DNA from: Longimicrobiales bacterium | GTDB lineage: Bacteria; Gemmatimonadota; Gemmatimonadetes; Longimicrobiales; Gaopeijiaceae | Assembly: GCA_963664435.2 (NCBI GenBank) | Contig: CAXXKM010000003.1 | Location: 288,001 to 352,000 of the forward strand | DNA length: 64,000 nucleotides | Direction of reading: 5' to 3' | Notes under the pieces: model-generated | The model's input: the letters and a program-made list of their open reading frames with translations, nothing else | Databases searched by the model: none | What the model was told of the DNA's origin: nothing | Position numbers and translations under genes: made by a program | Shown here: positions 38,707-48,441 of the stretch, in pieces | How positions within the stretch are numbered: position 1 is the stretch's first letter | Layout: each line of letters begins with the position of its first letter

Positions 38707-40062
38707 CTACATCAGGAGGGCGGTGGCGAGGCCCAGCAGGAGCATGAAGCCCAGGAAGTCGGTCGTCGTATGCAGAAAGACCGAGGATGCGACCGCCGGA
38801 TCGAATCCCATGCGGTGAAGCAGCATCGGGATGAAGGCCCCGCCGAATCCCGCCATCAGCATCGTGCCCCACATGGAGACCAGCACGACCAGCCCGAGAC
38901 GCGGATCGCCTCCCGGCACCAGCAGGCTCGCGCCGGCCACGATGCCTCCGAGCACGGCCCCGTTAACGAGCCCCACCAGGACTTCCTTGCCCACCACCGC
39001 CCGGGGGTCGGCGCCCACATCGTCGCGCAACGCCAGCCGCCGGACCGTCACCGCCAGGGCCTGCGACCCCGCATTCCCGCCCATCCCCGCGATCACGGGC
39101 ATGACGACCGCGAGGATTACGGCGCTCTCCACCGTATCGGAGTAGAAATACACGACCAGAGCGGCCGCGGTCGCGGTCAGCAGGTTCAGCACCAGCCACG
39201 GAAGACGGGTCCGCACCGCCGCCACCCAGCTCGCCCCCAGCGACTCTTCGTCCGAGACCCCGCCGAAGCGCAGGATGTCTTCGGTCTGCTCGGCCTCCAT
39301 GACATCGAGCACGTCGTCGAAGGTGATGCGGCCGACGAGCCTTCCCCGAGGCCCCACGACCGGCAGGGTGGGCAGGTTGTAGCGAGCCATGAGGCGCCCC
39401 ACCTCCTCCTGGTCCTCGTCCGGGCGCACCGCCGCGACCACGGGCTCGACCAGCGACGATACCGGGTCGCCCGGTTCGGCCAGGATGAGATCGTCGAGGG
39501 GGACGGTTCCCATCAGCCGCTCGCCGCCGTCCACCACGTAGACGGTGTAGAAGTCCTCCACCTCCCTGCCCTGCCGGCGAACCTCCTCGATGGCCTGGCC
39601 GGCGGTGAGGGTCTCGCGCACCGAGACCAGCGCCGCGGTCATGATGCCGCCCGCGCTCTCCTCCGCGTAGGCGAGCAGTTCGCGGATCTCGCCGGCCTCT
39701 TCGACGGGCATCTCCGCCAGAATGCGGGCCCGCTCCTCGGGCTGCAGGTCGGCCACCAGGTCGGTGGCGTCGTCGTCGGCGAGCTCGCTCAGGAGCTTCG
39801 CGCCCCGGTGCGGGGTCATCGCCGCGAGCAGGTCCGCCGCGCGCTCGTCCTCCTCCATCTCGGCCAGGGTCTCGGAGGCCAGCTCGGCGGGGAGCGCGCG
39901 CAGGACCACCAGGCGGTCGGCGTCCGAGAGCGACTCCAGGACGTCGGCCACATCCGAGGGATGAAGCTTCGCCAGGGTATGGTTCGCCTTCGCGATCTTC
40001 CCTTCGGCGATCGCGGCCAGCAGAACCTCCTTGCGGAGTGCGAGCGACTCTTGCGACGACAC
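38707..40062 (-). CDS. mgtE: Magnesium transporter MgtE
   Basis: LHPSDVAD N-domain, Y.EESAGGIMT CBS pair, RLPWLVLNL, MPVIAGMGGNAGSQ, DPAVAS, TTTD. Confidence 0.95.
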   Translation of the reverse strand: MSSQESLALRKEVLLAAIAEGKIAKANHTLAKLHPSDVADVLESLSDADRLVVLRALPAELASETLAEMEEDERAADLLAAMTPHRGAKLLSELADDDATDLVADLQPEERARILAEMPVEEAGEIRELLAYAEESAGGIMTAALVSVRETLTAGQAIEEVRRQGREVEDFYTVYVVDGGERLMGTVPLDDLILAEPGDPVSSLVEPVVAAVRPDEDQEEVGRLMARYNLPTLPVVGPRGRLVGRITFDDVLDVMEAEQTEDILRFGGVSDEESLGASWVAAVRTRLPWLVLNLLTATAAALVVYFYSDTVESAVILAVVMPVIAGMGGNAGSQALAVTVRRLALRDDVGADPRAVVGKEVLVGLVNGAVLGGIVAGASLLVPGGDPRLGLVVLVSMWGTMLMAGFGGAFIPMLLHRMGFDPAVASSVFLHTTTDFLGFMLLLGLATALLM

Positions 40063-40079
40063 GGTGTCCGGTCCGGAAA

Positions 40080-40577
40080 TCAGGGCGGGTTCGACGAGGC
40101 GCGAGAATTCTCGCGCGACCCGTCCCCGGCGGCAAGCACCCGCTCCACCAGCGCTTCCTGGCGGCGGAAGAAGTCGCTCGCGAAGCGATCCTCCTCGGGG
40201 TGGTCGTACCCCATTGCGTGAAGGGTCCCGTGGATCGCGAGCCGCACCAGCTCTTCGTGCGCGCACAGGCCGAGTTCGGCCGCCTGGCGCAGGGCCTGCG
40301 GGTATCCGATGTAGATGTCGGCCAGCAGGGGCTCGCCCGGACCGTGCAGGGCGAACGAGATCACGTCGGTGACGCGGTCGCGGTCGAGGTAGTCGCGGTT
40401 CAGGTCCCGGATGCGGTCGTCTCCGACGAGGGTGAGCGAGATCTCGCCGTGCTTCGTTCCCTCGTCCGCGAGCGTCGCGCGTACTGCCCGGGCAAGGTCC
40501 AGCCGGGTTTGCGCACATGCCCCCGCTTCGACGGCGGCCGCGAAGTCGACATCGACCAGCACCTCGGGCCCGGTCAC
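40080..40577 (-). CDS. ybeY: rRNA maturation endoribonuclease YbeY
   Basis: IRDLNRDYL..D.VTDVISF and HGTLHAMGYDH zinc motif. Confidence 0.95.
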   Translation of the reverse strand: MTGPEVLVDVDFAAAVEAGACAQTRLDLARAVRATLADEGTKHGEISLTLVGDDRIRDLNRDYLDRDRVTDVISFALHGPGEPLLADIYIGYPQALRQAAELGLCAHEELVRLAIHGTLHAMGYDHPEEDRFASDFFRRQEALVERVLAAGDGSRENSRASSNPP

Positions 40578-40593
40578 GGTTCCCCGGGGGGAA

Positions 40594-43005
40594 TCAGGCG
40601 GTGGGGGAGGACGGGGCGGCCGGGTCCTCCGCGGCCGCGGCCGGATCGTCATCGTCGCCGGCCAGCGCGGCTCCGTCGTCATTGTCGGCCGAGATGGGTC
40701 CGTCCTCATTGTCGGCCGAGATGGCTCCGTCCTCATCGCCGGCCGAGACGGCTCGGTCCTCATCGTTGCCGGGCGTGGCGGAAGCGTCCACACCGCCGCG
40801 GGGCGGTGCGGCGTCAGCGGCGGGATTGCTGATGTGCTCGGTTTCCGGGTAGTCGACGCGGCGGTGATACATCGCCTCCAGCACCGTCGCAAACTGCTCC
40901 TTCACGAGCGAGATATGAGCGAAGGTGAGCGGCGCCTCGTCCAGCTGGCCCTCGGCCACGCGGCTGTCGACGATCGCGTCGATCATGGCCCGGATGCGCT
41001 CCGGGGTTGGATCGCGCAAGGTGCGCGACGCCGATTCCACGGGGTCCGCCAGGAGCAGCACCGCGGTCTCCCTGGACTGCGGCTTCGGCCCGGCGTAGTG
41101 GAACTCGGTTGCGTCGACGTCCTCTCCCCCGGCCTGCTCCAGCGCCTTGCCGTAGAAGTAGCCGATGCGCTGGGTGCCGTGGTGTTCCGCGATGAAGGCG
41201 GAGATGGCTGGCGGCAGCTTTTCCTGGCGGGCGAGCCGGAGTCCCTCGACCACGTGGCGACGCAGGATGGCCGCCGAGATGGACGGCTCCAGCCGGTCGT
41301 GCGGGTTGACGCCCCCGTGCTGATTCTCGATGAAATACTGCGGCTCGAGCACCTTGCCGACGTCGTGGTAGTACGTGCCCACCCGGCACAGAAGGCCGTT
41401 GGCGCCAATGGCGGTGCCCGCCGCCTCCGCCAGGTTGGCCACGTTGATGGTGTGGGCGTAGGTCCCGGGGGCCTCCATCGACAGGCGCTTGAGCAGCGTG
41501 CGGTTGGGATCCGCGAACTCGAGCAGGGTCTGATCGGTGGTGACGCCCGTGAACCATTCGAAGGCGGGCACGAAAAGGAGCGCCAGGCCCGCGCTCACGA
41601 TGGCGTTTCCGGTGGTCCAGCCGATGGAGGGGAGCACCCCCGCGGCGGGCTGCATCCGGCTGAGCCACAGAGAGAGCGTGACGCAGGCGTAGGATGCCGC
41701 GATGATCGCGATGAAGGTCCAGCTCTGCGAGCGCCGGCGCACCACGCCTACGCTGAGCGCCGCCGCCCCCCCGCCGACCATGGTGGTCAGCATCACGCCC
41801 ACGCCCTGGAACGGCGTCAGCGACGCGGTGACGGCCGCCAGCACCAGCGCAAGCATGAGCGCGAGGCGTCCGTCCCACACCACCGCCACCGAAAGCGTCA
41901 CGAAGGCTATGGGGAGCAGCTCGGGCGGGAAGATGGCGACCCGGGAAATGACGATTGCGGAAGCGAAGTAGGTGGCCAGCAACAGGGCCAGGAGCAGCAT
42001 CCAGCGGAAGTTGGTGTACACCTCGCCGCGATAGGCCCAAAGCACGATCCAGAGCATCCCGAGCAGCAGCACCTGAAGGAGGTATACCCCGAGGGACGGC
42101 AGGAACCCCGTGGCGCTGGCGCCGAGCAGCCCGAGGGTGCGCAGCTGTTGCTCGTAGGCGCGCAGGCGGACCAGGTCTTCCTCCGTGACCTGCTGGTTTG
42201 CGCGCAGGATGGCCTCGCCGGCAAGCACGTTGCCGCGCGTGGTGACGACGGACTGGCGGGCGGCCGTGCGTCCGGCCGCCGTGGCTTCCTGGTTGGGCAG
42301 GTAGCTGAACTCGCGGAAGCGGATGAGCAGCAGACGCAGGATTTCGGTCGCCTCCGGGGAAGCATCCGGGGGGAGCAGTTCCACGGAGCGGTTGTACAGG
42401 TCGGTGGCCGTAAGCAGCCCCGCGGCCGGGACGAACCGTTCGCCGCCCTCCTCGAGTACCGTGATGCGGTCACCCAGGTAGTCCCGCGTCGTCGCGTCGA
42501 CGACACCGCCGGGGATGAGCTCCCGCGCGGCGCGCAGCCCGGCCCAGTGAATGGCTTCGCGGACTGCCGGGTCGCGCAGCATCTCCACCAGCGCCGGCGT
42601 TGCGGCGATGTTCTCCGCCGCGAGTACCGAATCGAGCGCGGCCGGCTCCCGCCCCAGGATCTCCTCGACCGTGGCGAAGAAGCGGTTGAGGGCGTCGGCG
42701 GTGGAATCCCCCGCCTCCGGACGGTAGCGGTAGATCATCGGCACGGCGGCGACCGCGGCGGCCCGGTCGCGCTCCAGCTCGGTCGCGGACTTTGGAACCG
42801 CGAACTCGACCTCGGCGATCAGGTCGTCGGTCGCAACCACCCCGGCCTCGTAGCCGCTCACGTCGGCGACGCGAGGGTTGGGCGGGAACCCGACGGCCAC
42901 GATGAGAGCGAGTCCGAGGAGCATCGCGACGCGCACGCCGTGGTGCACGACCGCCTCCGGCCACAGGCGCTCGGGCGGGCTCGAAAGGACGCGCCAGAGC
43001 TTCAC
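40594..43005 (-). CDS. 7TM-HD (HDIG) membrane phosphohydrolase, PgpH/YqfF-like
   Basis: Extracytoplasmic domain, 7TM block, EAPGTYAHTINVANLAE, YYHDVGK...YFIENQ, EHHGT, GPKPQSRE. In the phoH-7TM/HD-ybeY cluster. Confidence 0.92.
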   Translation of the reverse strand: MKLWRVLSSPPERLWPEAVVHHGVRVAMLLGLALIVAVGFPPNPRVADVSGYEAGVVATDDLIAEVEFAVPKSATELERDRAAAVAAVPMIYRYRPEAGDSTADALNRFFATVEEILGREPAALDSVLAAENIAATPALVEMLRDPAVREAIHWAGLRAARELIPGGVVDATTRDYLGDRITVLEEGGERFVPAAGLLTATDLYNRSVELLPPDASPEATEILRLLLIRFREFSYLPNQEATAAGRTAARQSVVTTRGNVLAGEAILRANQQVTEEDLVRLRAYEQQLRTLGLLGASATGFLPSLGVYLLQVLLLGMLWIVLWAYRGEVYTNFRWMLLLALLLATYFASAIVISRVAIFPPELLPIAFVTLSVAVVWDGRLALMLALVLAAVTASLTPFQGVGVMLTTMVGGGAAALSVGVVRRRSQSWTFIAIIAASYACVTLSLWLSRMQPAAGVLPSIGWTTGNAIVSAGLALLFVPAFEWFTGVTTDQTLLEFADPNRTLLKRLSMEAPGTYAHTINVANLAEAAGTAIGANGLLCRVGTYYHDVGKVLEPQYFIENQHGGVNPHDRLEPSISAAILRRHVVEGLRLARQEKLPPAISAFIAEHHGTQRIGYFYGKALEQAGGEDVDATEFHYAGPKPQSRETAVLLLADPVESASRTLRDPTPERIRAMIDAIVDSRVAEGQLDEAPLTFAHISLVKEQFATVLEAMYHRRVDYPETEHISNPAADAAPPRGGVDASATPGNDEDRAVSAGDEDGAISADNEDGPISADNDDGAALAGDDDDPAAAAEDPAAPSSPTA
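40654..40761. repeat. Four imperfect 27-bp tandem repeats encoding an acidic C-terminal tail
   Basis: attgtcggccgagatgggtccgtcctc-type units at 40654, 40681, 40708 and 40735, encoding EDRAVSAGD/EDGAISADN/EDGPISADN/DDGAALAGD. Confidence 0.9.
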
Positions 43006-43979
43006 CCCGGCTCCCCTTCCGAGGGGTCACTCTCGTACGCGCGGATGATGTGCTTCACGAGGCGATGGCGGATGACGTCGACCGCGTCGAGATAGACGAG
43101 CGCGATACCCTTCACCTCGCGGAGGATGTCCTCCACCTGGAGCAGACCCGAATCGGCCCGGCTGGGGAGGTCGATCTGGGTCTTGTCGCCGGTGATCACC
43201 ACCCGCGAGTTCAGGCCCAGCCGGGTCAGGAACATCTTCATCTGGGCCCGGGTGGCGTTCTGGGCTTCATCCAGGATGACGAAGGCGTCCGAGAGGGTTC
43301 GGCCGCGCATGTAGGCGAGCGGGGCGATCTCGATGGTGCGATCGTCGAGGGCGCGGCGCACGCGCTCGGACGGCATCATGTCCTCCAGCGCGTCGTAGAG
43401 CGGCCGCAGGTAGGGGTCGACCTTCTCCTGCAGGTCGCCGGGGAGGAAGCCCAGGTTCTCTCCCGCCTCCACCGCCGGGCGGGCCAGCACGATGCGCCGC
43501 ACCCGCTTGCGGTAGAGGGCCTCGACCGCCTTGGCCACGGCCAGGTAGGTCTTGCCGGTTCCGGCCGGACCGATCGAAATGACGATTTCAAAGCGGTCGA
43601 TGGCCTCGACGTAGCGCCGCTGTCCCTCGGAGCGCGGGCTGATCACCCGGCGTGACCCGGGCAGCGCGATGCGGGACGGCTCCCCGGCGTCGGCGGCCGC
43701 GGACGGCTTGCCGGTCGCGCGCTCCTCGGCGAAACGGGCGATGTCGGAAGGGTCGAACGAGACTCTCATGCGCGCCAGCTCAATCATGTGGCGCACCACG
43801 GGTACGGCCCTCTCCACACCCTCGAGCGCGCCCGAGAGCAGCAGCCGGTCACCGCGCAGGATCACCCGGATGCCGAAGAGACGGGCCAGTCCCTGCATGT
43901 TGGCGTCGTTGACGCCGGCCAGCAGGAGCGGATCGGCTCCTTCCGTATCGAGGCGGTGCTCCACCATGGTCTGGGTCAT
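43002..43979 (-). CDS. phoH: PhoH family ATPase
   Basis: GPAGTGKTYLA, RPAVEAGE.LGFLPGD, IEIAPLAYMRGRTL, ILDEAQN, TGDKTQIDL. Confidence 0.96.
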   Translation of the reverse strand: MTQTMVEHRLDTEGADPLLLAGVNDANMQGLARLFGIRVILRGDRLLLSGALEGVERAVPVVRHMIELARMRVSFDPSDIARFAEERATGKPSAAADAGEPSRIALPGSRRVISPRSEGQRRYVEAIDRFEIVISIGPAGTGKTYLAVAKAVEALYRKRVRRIVLARPAVEAGENLGFLPGDLQEKVDPYLRPLYDALEDMMPSERVRRALDDRTIEIAPLAYMRGRTLSDAFVILDEAQNATRAQMKMFLTRLGLNSRVVITGDKTQIDLPSRADSGLLQVEDILREVKGIALVYLDAVDVIRHRLVKHIIRAYESDPSEGEPG

Positions 43980-45748
43980 GCGAGCTTCAGCGCCTCCAGC
44001 TCCGCTCTTCCCGGACGTCCGGGCGCGGCCTCGAAGAGCGCCCGCGCCGCGGTCGTCTTCGGGAACGCGACCACGTCTCTCAGGCTTGCGGCTCCCACGA
44101 AATGCTGGACGATGCGGTCCATCCCCAGGGCGATGCCTCCGTGCGGCGGGGCGCCCGAGCGCAGCGCCTTGAGAAGGAAGCCGAAGCGCTCTGCGATCTG
44201 GCGGTCGCCCAGCCCAAGCACCCGAAGCACGCGCTCCTGCAATGCCGCGTCGTGGATGCGCAGGCTGCCGGACCCCAGCTCCGCACCGTTATACACCAGG
44301 TCGTAGGCGCGTGCCCCGCACGACAGCGGAGCCGACTCCAGGCGAGGCAGGTCGGCCTCCGCCGGCATCACGAAGGGATGGTGGTTGAAGGTGATCCCCG
44401 CTCCGCCGGGAAGCGGGTCGAACAGCGGGAAGTCGAGCACCCACGCCCACGCGTGTTCCCTGTCGTGGGGCATGGCGGCCACTTCCCTCGCCCGCAGCCG
44501 CGCCGCCGCGAGCGCCGGCGAGGTGACGGAGTCCGCACCGGCGGCGGCGAGCGCCAGGTCGCCGGGACGCATGCCCAGGGCGTCGTAGTGCCCCTCGGTA
44601 AGGAAGCGAGCCAGCGGGCCGGCGCCGCCGCCCTCCGTGCGCTTCACCCAGAGCAGTCCGGGCGCACCGGCCCTCCTCGCGGCGGACTCGATCTTCCCCA
44701 CCTGCTTGCGGGAGAGCGACCCGCCTCCCCGGACGCGCAGTCCGCGCACGCGCCCACCCCCGTCCAGCGCCGCGCGCGTGATGCGGAAGTCCACATCCGC
44801 GAAAGGCTCCGACCAGTCCTCGATCTCGAGCCCGAAGCGGAGGTCGGGACGGTCGCTTCCGTAGCACTCCAGGGCATCCCGGTACGGCAGGCGCCGGAAG
44901 GGCGCCGGGGTACCCAGCCCGGCCACCTCCGAAAGGCGGACCATGAGCCCTTCGATCCACGCCAGGAGATCCTCCGGCGCGATGAACGAGGCCTCTACGT
45001 CGATCTGGGTGAACTCGGGCTGCCGATCGGTGCGCTGGTCCTCGTCGCGGAAACAGCGCGCGATCTGGAAGTAGCGGTCGAACCCCGCCGTCATGAGGAT
45101 CTGCTTGTAGATCTGCGGGCTCTGCGGCAGGGCGTAGAACTCTCCCGGGTGCACCCGGCTGGGCACCAGGAAATCGCGCGCTCCCTCCGGCATCGGCTTC
45201 GTCAGGATCGGGGTCTCGATCTCGAGGAAGCCCAGCCGGTCGAGGTAGTTGCGGGTCTCGAGCACCAGCCGGTGACGCAGCTTCAGTGCGGCCTGCATGG
45301 GTGTGCGCCGCAGGTCAAGATGCCGGTGCAGAAGCCTCAGCTCCTCCGCCGGAGGCTCCTCCCCCGGGTTCTGGTGCACGGGGATGGCAGGCGTGTCGGC
45401 GTCTCCGAGCAGCTCGAAGCTCGTGGCCTGCAGCTCCACCGCGCCCGTCGCCATATCGGGATTGCGGGCTTCCGGGGGCCGCCGCACGACTTCGCCGCAC
45501 ACCGCGATCACGTCTTCGGCGCCCAGTTTCCCCGCGGCCGCAAACGACTCCGGCTCCGTCCAGTCGGGGCCGAAGGACACCTGCACGATCCCCGAGCGGT
45601 CGCGCAGGTCGATGAACACCATGCCTCCCAGGTCGCGGCGCCGATGCACCCAGCCGGCGAGGTGGTGCGTGCGGCCCGCGTCCTGCTCGCGGAGGCTTCC
45701 CGCCATGCGCGACCGCCAGGAAGTACGCTCCAGCTTCGGATCAGTCAT
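43976..45748 (-). CDS. aspS: Aspartate--tRNA ligase
   Basis: GWVHRRRDLGG..FIDLRD, EGARDFLVPSR, LPQSPQ.YKQ, CFRDED.R.DRQPEFTQID, GAPPHGG.ALG.DR, FPKT. Confidence 0.97.
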   Translation of the reverse strand: MTDPKLERTSWRSRMAGSLREQDAGRTHHLAGWVHRRRDLGGMVFIDLRDRSGIVQVSFGPDWTEPESFAAAGKLGAEDVIAVCGEVVRRPPEARNPDMATGAVELQATSFELLGDADTPAIPVHQNPGEEPPAEELRLLHRHLDLRRTPMQAALKLRHRLVLETRNYLDRLGFLEIETPILTKPMPEGARDFLVPSRVHPGEFYALPQSPQIYKQILMTAGFDRYFQIARCFRDEDQRTDRQPEFTQIDVEASFIAPEDLLAWIEGLMVRLSEVAGLGTPAPFRRLPYRDALECYGSDRPDLRFGLEIEDWSEPFADVDFRITRAALDGGGRVRGLRVRGGGSLSRKQVGKIESAARRAGAPGLLWVKRTEGGGAGPLARFLTEGHYDALGMRPGDLALAAAGADSVTSPALAAARLRAREVAAMPHDREHAWAWVLDFPLFDPLPGGAGITFNHHPFVMPAEADLPRLESAPLSCGARAYDLVYNGAELGSGSLRIHDAALQERVLRVLGLGDRQIAERFGFLLKALRSGAPPHGGIALGMDRIVQHFVGAASLRDVVAFPKTTAARALFEAAPGRPGRAELEALKLA

Positions 45749-45867
45749 GTAAGCCTGGGATGAGAGCGAGTAGAATCCGATGACTCGGACATGCGGGGAG
45801 TGCTCGTCGAGAATCTCGCGAGCGGGGACGGAGGGGAAACAGAACCCCTCTCCTGCGAAATCGCGCT

Positions 45868-45896
45868 AAGTTAGTCGGCGTGCGCCCCCGGCTCAA
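45868..45896 (-). promoter_or_regulatory. Candidate sigma70-like promoter for the aspS operon
   Basis: Minus strand TTGAGC-N17-TAACTT, implying a 5' leader of about 110 nt. Confidence 0.55.
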
Positions 45897-45925
45897 GCAA
45901 AGCGACTTCGCCTGTTTCCGGGACG

Positions 45926-47050
45926 GTGCCTGAGAACGAGCGTGCGGTGACTCCCCCCGGGACGGCCATGGTGCGAAAAGCGAACGGCGACGAGCGCCCC
46001 GACCTGCTTGGCCTGGTCCCGGCGGAATTGCGCGAAATCTTGCGTCGCCACTTCCGGGAACGCGGGCAACCGAAGTTCCGTACCGGCCAGGTCGAACGCT
46101 GGGTGTTCCGCAACGACGCGCGCGGCTTTGGCGAGATGAGCGACCTGCCCGCGCAGGAACGCGATGCCCTGGCCGCGGCCTTTCGTCTGCAGGAGCCCGC
46201 CACCGCCAGCGTGTCGGTTTCGCGCGACGGCACCGTGAAGCACCTGTGGCGGCTGTGGGACGGCGAGCTGGTGGAATCCGTGCTGATCCCCACCCGCTCC
46301 CGCCTCACCCTGTGCATCTCGTCGCAGGCGGGCTGCCCCCTGGGGTGCACCTTCTGCGCGACCGGCTGGTCGGGCTTCCGGCGCCAGCTGACCGCGGCCG
46401 AGATCGTGGCGCAGTACCGCGCCTCCCGGCGGTGGGCGCGCGCACGGGACATGGGCGAGATTTCCAACATCGTGTACATGGGGATGGGCGAACCGCTCGC
46501 CAACCCGCACGCTGTCCTGCCCTCGCTCACCATCCTGAACGGCGGCTACGAGGTCGGTGCGCGCCGGATCACGGTGTCGACCGTGGGCGTGGTGCCCGGC
46601 ATCCGCTCGCTGGCCGAGCGCCCGGAGCAGTTCGGGCTCGCTCTCTCGCTGCACGCCCCGGAGTCCGAATTGCGCCGCGAGCTGATCCCGCTGGAGAAGC
46701 GCTATCCGCTGCCCGAGGTAAAGGCCGCCCTGGAACGATTCCGGCGGGTGCGCGGCCGGCGCATCACGCTCGAATACACGATGATCCGGGGGGTGAACGA
46801 CGCCCTCGCGCTCATCCCTGCCCTGGCCGGCTTCGCCCGCGACATCCACGCCTTTGTGAACCTGATCCCGTTCAATCCGATTCCCTACCAGCCCGAGTGG
46901 CGTCCGAGCGTGCCCGCCAGGGTGCAGGCGTTCCGCAGGAAGCTGGAGGAGAGCGGAGTCGCGGCTATGGTGCGCGAGCCCCGCGGGCGCGACATCGACG
47001 CGGCGTGCGGGCAGTTGCGGGCAAGCCGGCTGGCGGTGCTCACCGGGTAG
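45926..47050 (+). CDS. rlmN: 23S rRNA m2A2503/tRNA methyltransferase (radical SAM); start uncertain
   Basis: CISSQAGCPLGCTFCATG, MGMGEP, ITVSTVG, LALSLHA, EYTMIRGVND, NLIPFN, DIDAACGQL. Confidence 0.96.
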   Translation: MPENERAVTPPGTAMVRKANGDERPDLLGLVPAELREILRRHFRERGQPKFRTGQVERWVFRNDARGFGEMSDLPAQERDALAAAFRLQEPATASVSVSRDGTVKHLWRLWDGELVESVLIPTRSRLTLCISSQAGCPLGCTFCATGWSGFRRQLTAAEIVAQYRASRRWARARDMGEISNIVYMGMGEPLANPHAVLPSLTILNGGYEVGARRITVSTVGVVPGIRSLAERPEQFGLALSLHAPESELRRELIPLEKRYPLPEVKAALERFRRVRGRRITLEYTMIRGVNDALALIPALAGFARDIHAFVNLIPFNPIPYQPEWRPSVPARVQAFRRKLEESGVAAMVREPRGRDIDAACGQLRASRLAVLTG

Positions 47051-47161
47051 GACGTCCGGGGTCCCGGAACGCGAGGCGAGGGCGCCGCCCGGTAACCCGA
47101 CGGCAGCTGGCGATCCAGGGACGGATGAGCCGCGCCGAACCCCCTCGCCCCTCTCTCCGCC

Positions 47162-47896
47162 TCAGCGGATGCGGTCCCCGATACGGTCCCAGCGAATGCG
47201 GCGGATCCATGGGAAGGGCGTCATGGCGCCGCGTTCGTACGAGTAGTAGATGAACATGGCCCGGCCCTCGAGCCGCCAGCCCTCCAGCAGCCCCCAGTAG
47301 CGCGAATCCTGGCTCTCGTCGCGGTTGTCGCCCAGCATGAAGTAGTTGTCGCCCGGGATGATGATGGGACCCCAGTTGTCGCGGCTGGGGCGATACGAGT
47401 CCGCATCCTCTCCGGGCACCAGGAACGGCGTCTGCCAGGTCATGCGGATGTCCGAGTGGTCCCCGCTCGCCGGGTTGTACTGCGCGTAGGGCTCATTCGC
47501 GACCGACCCGTTGATGTAGAGGGTCTTGTCGCGCATCTCCAGCGTGTCGCCGGGCAGGCCGATCAGGCGCTTCACCAGCATCATGTTCTCCTCGTGCGGT
47601 GGATCGAACACAAGGATGTCGAAGCGCTTCGGGCTCGAGTAGCCCGGGATGCGAAGCGAGGTGCCCGGGATGGGCGAGCCGATCGCGGCCCGGTTCACCA
47701 CCAGGAAGTCGCCCAGCAGGAGCGTGTCCATCATCGAACCGGAGATGATGACGAAGGTCTGCAGGACGAAGAAACGGATCAGGAAGAAGAGGCCACCCCA
47801 GATGAGGAGGATGCGCAGCCATTCGCCGAGCGTCCCTTCGGATTGGTTGGGCTTCGCCCGGGCTCGCCGGCTCGGCTTGCGCTTCTTTTTGCTCAT
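47162..47896 (-). CDS. lepB: Signal peptidase I
   Basis: ISGSM (Ser), LVKRLIGLPGD (Lys), YFMLGDNRDESQDSRYWG. Confidence 0.96.
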   Translation of the reverse strand: MSKKKRKPSRRARAKPNQSEGTLGEWLRILLIWGGLFFLIRFFVLQTFVIISGSMMDTLLLGDFLVVNRAAIGSPIPGTSLRIPGYSSPKRFDILVFDPPHEENMMLVKRLIGLPGDTLEMRDKTLYINGSVANEPYAQYNPASGDHSDIRMTWQTPFLVPGEDADSYRPSRDNWGPIIIPGDNYFMLGDNRDESQDSRYWGLLEGWRLEGRAMFIYYSYERGAMTPFPWIRRIRWDRIGDRIR

Positions 47897-48441
47897 TGCT
47901 GGTTCCCCGCCTGGTTCAGACCTTCCGCCCACTCCCTGAGACGCGAGAGGACACCGCGCCAGCCCGGCTCGGGCGCGGGTATCGTAATCGTGTCCTGCGC
48001 GGGTTCAGCCGTGCGCGCCGCCACGACGGAGGGATCCCAGGTGCTCCCGAGCAGCACCGTGATGTCGACGTAGGCGGTCGAGTCGGGCTCGTCGTGGAAG
48101 GCGGGGATGGCCAGGGCACCCGCCACCATCGACGCGAGGTCGACGCGTCCCAGCCGGGCCAGCACGACGGAGCTGTCCCGGTCGAACGCATCGGCGTTGC
48201 CGAATTCGACCACGTCGAAGCCGGCATCTCGCAGAAGTTCGGTGGCCGTCCGCGCCATCCCCGCGACCCCACCCCCGTTGAGTACCTCGACGCGCACCCG
48301 CTCGCGCGGGTTTGCGATCACGTCGGCGGTCACGGGGGTCGTCTCGGGAGGCTCCCACCACTGAAGCGCGGCGGAGCCCGCCAGCACCGCCAGTCCGCCG
48401 AGCACGGCCACCAGCGCGAGCCCGCGGAGCAGCCTAGCCAT
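47893..48441 (-). CDS. Membrane-anchored LytR C-terminal domain protein
   Basis: N-terminal TM, VRVEVLNGGGVAGMA...L...GFDVV..GNA, DITVLLG. Confidence 0.85.
   Translation of the reverse strand: MARLLRGLALVAVLGGLAVLAGSAALQWWEPPETTPVTADVIANPRERVRVEVLNGGGVAGMARTATELLRDAGFDVVEFGNADAFDRDSSVVLARLGRVDLASMVAGALAIPAFHDEPDSTAYVDITVLLGSTWDPSVVAARTAEPAQDTITIPAPEPGWRGVLSRLREWAEGLNQAGNQQ

Noticed and set aside
40578..40892. N-terminal extension of YbeY with MRTEPSRP repeats
   Set aside because: It is an alternative-frame reading of the 27-bp repeats in the HD gene tail. The GTG at 40577 gives a normal-length YbeY.
45749..45925. T-box riboswitch or 6S RNA upstream of aspS
   Set aside because: No T-box UGGNACC consensus or terminator, and the region is too short and lacks the long 6S duplex.
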